Below the pieces are notes generated by a model. That model had not been told where the DNA came from, did not search any database, and worked only from the letters and a program-made list of their open reading frames with translations. A stretch of 64,000 nt of DNA. Source: an uncultured Gemmatimonadales bacterium (GTDB lineage Bacteria > Gemmatimonadota > Gemmatimonadetes > Gemmatimonadales > Gemmatimonadaceae). Every line of letters starts with the position of its first letter. Position 1 is the first letter of the stretch. The stretch lies in contig CAWKNZ010000002.1 in assembly GCA_963851265.1 (NCBI GenBank), positions 1,504,001-1,568,000 on the forward strand, read 5' to 3'. Position numbers and translations under genes: made by a program. This document shows, in pieces, positions 59,170 to 64,000 of this stretch.

Positions 59170-59193
59170 GGGCGCTCGAGCACGCGCGGGGCG

Positions 59194-59769
59194 TCAGCGT
59201 GGCGCAACTTCGGCCGGTTCGACGGTCGCGTCGGCGTCGGGCGCGCCCTGCATGCGGGACTCGAATCGCCAGAGCAGCAGCACGAGCAGAATCGCGCCGA
59301 CGCTCACGGCCGAATCGGCCACGTTGAACGTCCAGAAGCGGACGTCTCCGGCACCGACGTCAATGAAGTCGACGACGCCCGCGGGCGACCGGAACCGGTC
59401 GATGAGGTTGCCGAGCGCTCCACCCATCACCGCCGCGATCGCGATGCGCAGGGCGTGTTCGGAGATCGGCAGACTGCGGTAGAGGCGGACGAGGAACCCG
59501 AGGATGAGGACCGTGAGCGCCGGAAAGGCCCACCACGACGCGGGCCCCAGGTGCATCCCGAACGCGGCGCCCGGGTTGAACGTGAGGGTGAACCGGACTG
59601 CGTCTCCGACGACGTTTCGCGGAACGTGCGGCGTCAGACTCGCGACCGCGAGGTGCTTGGTGAACTGGTCGGCGGCGACGATCGCGACGATCAGCGCGCC
59701 GGCGAGCGCGACGCTGAACGGTCGCGCGGATTCGCGCCCGGGCGTCGGCACGTGCTCAGCGGCGCTCAC
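59194..59769 (-). CDS. lspA: Lipoprotein signal peptidase II, downstream copy
   Basis: DQFTK, NPGAAFG, GNLIDR, VVDFID and FNVADS; GTG overlaps the stop of the upstream copy. Confidence 0.9.
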   Translation of the reverse strand: MSAAEHVPTPGRESARPFSVALAGALIVAIVAADQFTKHLAVASLTPHVPRNVVGDAVRFTLTFNPGAAFGMHLGPASWWAFPALTVLILGFLVRLYRSLPISEHALRIAIAAVMGGALGNLIDRFRSPAGVVDFIDVGAGDVRFWTFNVADSAVSVGAILLVLLLWRFESRMQGAPDADATVEPAEVAPR

Positions 59770-60350
59770 GCGAGCCCCGCCGGCGTGCGGCCTAACGGCA
59801 TTTCGGCGCGCGAGGTGCGGCGGTCGTCGGCTCCCCACAGGACGCGGCAGAGCATGACCACGCCCAGCGTGACCGCGACGTCCGCGACGTTGAAGGTCGG
59901 CCACCGGTGCTGGCCGACCCCGACGTCGAGGAAGTCGACGACGCCGTCTTCCGAGATCACGCGCGTGAGCGCGTTTCCGAGCGCGCCCGCGGCGAGCAAC
60001 GCGAGCGCGACCACGCGGGAGTTCGCACGGTCCGGCGTCGCGCGGTACAACCGCCAGACGACGCGCAGCACGACGACCGTGAGCACCAGGAAAATCGCGC
60101 GCGACCACGGTCCGAGGTGGAGCCCGAACGCCGCGCCCGGGTTGTAGACGAGCGTCAGCCGCAGCCACTCGCCGGCGACCGCGTGCGGGAAGCCTGCCGG
60201 CGAGAGGGCGTAGGCGGCGATCGCCTTCGTCAGCAGGTCCACGAGCACGACGAGCACGACGACGGGCCAGAAGACCACGCCGTTCGTGTTCGCCGCGTCC
60301 GCGCGCGCCGACGCCGGACCGGCCGGCAGGTCAGCCGCCCTTCTTGCCAT
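59766..60350 (-). CDS. lspA: Lipoprotein signal peptidase II, upstream copy (GNALTR variant)
   Basis: DLLTK, NPGAAFG, GNALTR, VVDFLD and FNVADV; ATG at 60350 preceded by GAGG. Confidence 0.85.
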   Translation of the reverse strand: MARRAADLPAGPASARADAANTNGVVFWPVVVLVVLVDLLTKAIAAYALSPAGFPHAVAGEWLRLTLVYNPGAAFGLHLGPWSRAIFLVLTVVVLRVVWRLYRATPDRANSRVVALALLAAGALGNALTRVISEDGVVDFLDVGVGQHRWPTFNVADVAVTLGVVMLCRVLWGADDRRTSRAEMPLGRTPAGLA

Positions 60351-60789
60351 CTTCCTCGCGCTGCTTGCAGTCGATGCAGAAGCGCGCGTGCGGCAGCGCG
60401 TCGAGGCGCTCGAACGCGATGTTGCGGCCGCACGAATGGCAGCGGCCGAACGTTTCGGGTGACCGGTACAGGCGCCGGAGCGCCTCGTCGAGGTGCCACA
60501 AGAACCGGCCCTCCTGGCTCGCGAAGAGGAACGCCTTCTCACGCTCCATCGCGTCCGTGCCCTGGTCGGCCATGTGGAACGTGTAGGAGCTGAGCTCCCC
60601 GGCCGACTCCTGCTGGCTCGCGCCGAACGTCTCGCCGTGGTGGCCGAGCTCTTTCAGCACGCGCTTGCGCTCTTCGAGCAAGCGCTTCTCGAAGTACGCG
60701 ACGTCCTTGGTCTCGAGCGGCGTGAAGGTCGCGGGCGACTCCTGGTCGCCCGCAGCCGTCGGCGCCGCCGTCGGGCCCGAATTGGCCAT
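60331..60789 (-). CDS. TraR/DksA family C4 zinc-finger protein
   Basis: Coiled coil with HMADQGTD tip; FGRCHSCG..I..ERLDALP.ARFCIDCK. Confidence 0.9.
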   Translation of the reverse strand: MANSGPTAAPTAAGDQESPATFTPLETKDVAYFEKRLLEERKRVLKELGHHGETFGASQQESAGELSSYTFHMADQGTDAMEREKAFLFASQEGRFLWHLDEALRRLYRSPETFGRCHSCGRNIAFERLDALPHARFCIDCKQREEDGKKGG

Positions 60790-60794
60790 GCTGT

Positions 60795-63700
60795 TCAGTC
60801 CTCGCTGGGGGTCTTGCGGAGACTCACGTACACGGCCGCGCCGTCGACGTCCAGAGTCCGCGAAACCGCGGAAGTTAGCGGGTCCGAGCTGACGTCGTCG
60901 CCGCCGACGTCGAGCGCGGTGGCGAGTACCTCGCCCGCCACGTACGTGGCGTGTCCGCGAACGGCGGCCTCGACTTCCGCGTTCCCCGAAACCCGAAGCG
61001 CGATCCGGTCGCTGACCTCGAGGCCGATCTCCTTCCGCAACCGTTGCACGCGACTGACCACCTCGCGCGCGACGCCTTCGGCGCGCAGCTCGGGTGACAC
61101 GGTAACGTCGAGCGCCGCGACGTACCCGCCCTCCTCCTGCACGGCGTACGCACCCGCCGTCCGTCGGAGGATCGTGAGGTCGCCGGGTTCGAGCGGGTGA
61201 TCGACGCCGTCGACGGCGATCGAAACCGACTCGCCGCGCTCGAACGCGTGGAGGGTGTCCGGCCCGAGCGCGGCGACCGCCTGTGCCGCGAGCGGCGTCG
61301 ACTTGCCGAAGCGCTTCCCGAGCGCGCGAAAGTTGGCCTTCGCTTCGAGCGTCACCAGCGCGTCGCCGCTCGTCGCCCACTGGACGGCCTTCACGTTCAG
61401 TTCGGCGGCCAGCAGCGGGGCGAGCGCGTGCAGCGCCTCGACCGCACGCGATTCGTGCAGCGGTGCTACCGCGACCAGCGCGCCGAGCGGCTGACGGACA
61501 CCGATGCCGACCTCCGTCCGCGCCGCGCGGCCGAGGTTCACGATTCGGCGAATCGCGTCCATCGCCACGGCGAGCGCGTGCGCGGCGCCCGCATCGTGAG
61601 CCGTCGCGGGCGGGTCGGGACGGACGTAATCGGCGAGGTGGACGCTCGCGCCGGTATCCAGGCCGCCGGTGAGTGCGCGGTGCAACCAGTCGGCGACGAA
61701 CGGCGCGAACGGCGCGAGGAGGCGCGCGGTCACGAGCAGCACTTCGTGCAGCGTCGCGAAGGCGGCGCGCTGGTCGTCGGTCGTGACGTCGTAGAAGCGG
61801 GCCCGCGAGAGGCGCAGGTACCACTTGCTGACGTCCGCGTCGAAGAATTCGACGACGCGGCGCGCCGCCGCCGTCGGGTCGAGCGCGTCGAGCAGCGCGT
61901 CGGCCTCGCGCTCGACGTCGGCGAGGCGGCCGAGCACCCAGCGGTCGAGCGCGGGGCGGTCGGCCGCGCGCGGGTCGGCTTCGGATGGCGTCCAGCCAAA
62001 GTTCGCGTACAGCGCGAAGAACGCGTAAACGTTCTTGAGCGTGATCAGGAAATTGCCCGCGGTCTGACGGATTTGTGCCTCGTCGAACGCGAGCGGCTTC
62101 CAGACCTCGCTGGAGCTGACCAGGAACAGCCGCGCCGCATCTGCCCCGTGCCGCTCCATCACGGCCCACGGGTCGACCGTGTTGCCGCGACTCTTGGACA
62201 TCTTCTGCCCGTCGGCGTCGTTGACGAGGCCGTTGACGATGACCGCGCGGTACGGCGCGGGCGCCGTGCCGGCGTTGTTCGGCAGCGCGTCGCCGAGCCC
62301 GGTCGCGATCGCGAGCAGCGAGTAGAACCACCCGCGCGTCTGGTCCTGCCCTTCGGCGATGAAGTCGGCCGGAAACTGTCGCGCGACGACCTCTTGGTTC
62401 TCGAACGGGTAGTGCCACTGCGCGAACGGCATCGAACCCGAGTCGAACCACGCGTCGACCACCTGCGACACGCGGCGCATGGTCCCGCGGCCGCTCGGGG
62501 CCGGCCACGTGTACTCGTCGATGAACGGCTTGTGTGGATCGAACTCGCCGGGGAGTGCGCGGCCGACCTTCTCGGCCAACTCGGCGAACGAACCGACTAC
62601 CTCCACCTCGTTCGGGTCGGCGTCGTTGACCCAGATCGGGAGCGGCGTGCCCCAGTACCGGTCCCGCGAGACCGCCCAATCGATGTTGCCTTCCAGCCAC
62701 TGGCCGAAGCGACCGGTGCCGACGCTCTCGGGGTGCCAGTCGACCTCGGCGTTGCGCGCGAGCATCGCGTCCTTGTACGCGGTCGTGCGGACGAACCACG
62801 ACGAGCGGGCGTAGTACAGGAGCGGCGTGCCGCAGCGCCAGCAGTGCGGGTAGCTGTGCAGGAAAGCCGACGCCTTCCAGAGCACGTCGCGGCGGCGCAA
62901 TTCCTCGATGATCGCCGCGTCGGCGCGCTTGACGAAGGTGCCGCCGACCACCGGGATGCCCGCGTCGAACTCGCCGCGGGCGTTCACCGGCTGCACGAAA
63001 GCGAGCGCGTGCCGCTGCCCCGCCCCGTAGTCGTCGGCGCCGAACGCGGGCGCCATGTGCACCACGCCCGAGCCGTCGTCGGCCGAGACGAACTCCTCGG
63101 CGACGATGACCTCGTGCGCGCCGGCGCCGGGCGCGCCGTCCGCCGGGTAGGCGACCCAGTCGAGCGGCCGGCGGTACCGCCGGCCGGCGAGCTCGCTCCC
63201 GCGCAGCCGGGCGACGACGTCCCAGCGGTCCGCCCAGTCGGCGCCTAACACGCCCGCGGCACGCGCCTCGGCGAGCAGGATCGTCCACCCGTCGTCGGCC
63301 GCCGCGTCGCGCCCGCGCTTCCGCAGCTCCACGTACTCGAGCGCCGGGTTGACGGCGAGCGCCGTGTTGGAAACGAGCGTCCAGGGCGTGGTCGTCCAGA
63401 CCAGGATGCGCCTGCGGCCAGCCGGCGCAGCGCCGTCCGCCGGGACGAGGTCGAGCGCGACGTACACGCTCGGGTCCTCGACGTCCTTGTAGCCCTGGGC
63501 GACCTCGTGACTCGAAAGCGTCGTCTCGCAGCGCGGGCAGTACGGCAGGACCTTGTGCCCCTGCAGGAGCAGGCCGCGCCGGTGCAGCGTCGCGAGCGCC
63601 CACCAGACGCTCTCGACGTAGTCGTTGGTGTACGTGACGTACGGGCGGTCGTAGTCGAGCCAGTACGCCATGCGGGCGGACAGCTGCTCCCACTCGCCGC

Positions 63701-64000
63701 GGTAGCGGAACACGCTCTCGCGGCAGAGTCGGTTGAACTCCGCCACGCCGACGCGCTCGATGTCCTGCTTGCCGCTGATGCCTAACGCCTTCTCGATCTC
63801 GATCTCGACGGGGAGGCCGTGGGTGTCCCACCCGGCCTTGCGGGGCACGTCGTACCCGCGCATCGCGCGGTGGCGGCAGACGAGGTCCTTGACCGTGCGG
63901 GCGAACACGTGGTGGATGCCGGGGCGCCCATTGGCGGTCGGCGGACCCTCGTAGAAGACGAACGGCGGCCCGCCCGCCCGGGACGCCCGCGCCCGCTCGA
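60795..64000 (-). CDS. ileS: Isoleucine--tRNA ligase, type 2 (5' end outside window)
   Basis: FYEGPPTANGRPGIHH, WTTTPWTL, EGQDQTRGWF and KMSKS; type-2 C-terminus EGVAREVVSRVQRLRK..DRI without a zinc finger. Confidence 0.97.
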   Translation of the reverse strand, partial: ERARASRAGGPPFVFYEGPPTANGRPGIHHVFARTVKDLVCRHRAMRGYDVPRKAGWDTHGLPVEIEIEKALGISGKQDIERVGVAEFNRLCRESVFRYRGEWEQLSARMAYWLDYDRPYVTYTNDYVESVWWALATLHRRGLLLQGHKVLPYCPRCETTLSSHEVAQGYKDVEDPSVYVALDLVPADGAAPAGRRRILVWTTTPWTLVSNTALAVNPALEYVELRKRGRDAAADDGWTILLAEARAAGVLGADWADRWDVVARLRGSELAGRRYRRPLDWVAYPADGAPGAGAHEVIVAEEFVSADDGSGVVHMAPAFGADDYGAGQRHALAFVQPVNARGEFDAGIPVVGGTFVKRADAAIIEELRRRDVLWKASAFLHSYPHCWRCGTPLLYYARSSWFVRTTAYKDAMLARNAEVDWHPESVGTGRFGQWLEGNIDWAVSRDRYWGTPLPIWVNDADPNEVEVVGSFAELAEKVGRALPGEFDPHKPFIDEYTWPAPSGRGTMRRVSQVVDAWFDSGSMPFAQWHYPFENQEVVARQFPADFIAEGQDQTRGWFYSLLAIATGLGDALPNNAGTAPAPYRAVIVNGLVNDADGQKMSKSRGNTVDPWAVMERHGADAARLFLVSSSEVWKPLAFDEAQIRQTAGNFLITLKNVYAFFALYANFGWTPSEADPRAADRPALDRWVLGRLADVEREADALLDALDPTAAARRVVEFFDADVSKWYLRLSRARFYDVTTDDQRAAFATLHEVLLVTARLLAPFAPFVADWLHRALTGGLDTGASVHLADYVRPDPPATAHDAGAAHALAVAMDAIRRIVNLGRAARTEVGIGVRQPLGALVAVAPLHESRAVEALHALAPLLAAELNVKAVQWATSGDALVTLEAKANFRALGKRFGKSTPLAAQAVAALGPDTLHAFERGESVSIAVDGVDHPLEPGDLTILRRTAGAYAVQEEGGYVAALDVTVSPELRAEGVAREVVSRVQRLRKEIGLEVSDRIALRVSGNAEVEAAVRGHATYVAGEVLATALDVGGDDVSSDPLTSAVSRTLDVDGAAVYVSLRKTPSED

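Noticed and set aside
60331..63831. 1166-aa ORF ending in a DksA/TraR domain
   Set aside because: The upstream portion is an Arg/Pro-rich shadow frame of ileS; the real gene starts at 60789

Overview
GC-rich bacterial chromosome segment (roughly 70-75% GC by eye), mostly core genes on the minus strand. Gene content and order suggest Gemmatimonadota (Gemmatirosa/Gemmatimonas-like); this is inference. From the right end, the minus strand carries ileS (type 2, GIHH motif), a DksA/TraR gene, two tandem lspA genes and a frameshifted rluD. Next is an atypical chemosensory cluster (cheW, cheY, cheA, cheC, TPR and DUF4388/PATAN proteins, cheR; no MCP, CheB or CheD), then a zinc peptidase, a 56-aa membrane protein, tRNA-Val(TAC) and a secreted TPR protein. 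The dcw cluster follows (rsmH to ftsZ, without mraZ, murB or ddl), then an M23 peptidase, ftsY, recG, a sensor kinase plus lipoprotein pair, asnS, mazG, alr, deoB, cdd, an outer-membrane lipoprotein/beta-barrel pair, a hybrid kinase, miaB, comEC, fbp, a methylmalonyl-CoA mutase catalytic subunit, an FNT channel and an FmdB zinc-ribbon gene. I found no mobile element or CRISPR array. The most striking unexplained signal is the non-palindromic heptamer GTTAGGC/GCCTAAC: at least 26 exact copies counted by eye, embedded in essential genes in several frames and both orientations, often forcing rare TTA codons. This points to a DNA-level sequence signal (uptake-sequence, Chi, KOPS or HIP-like).
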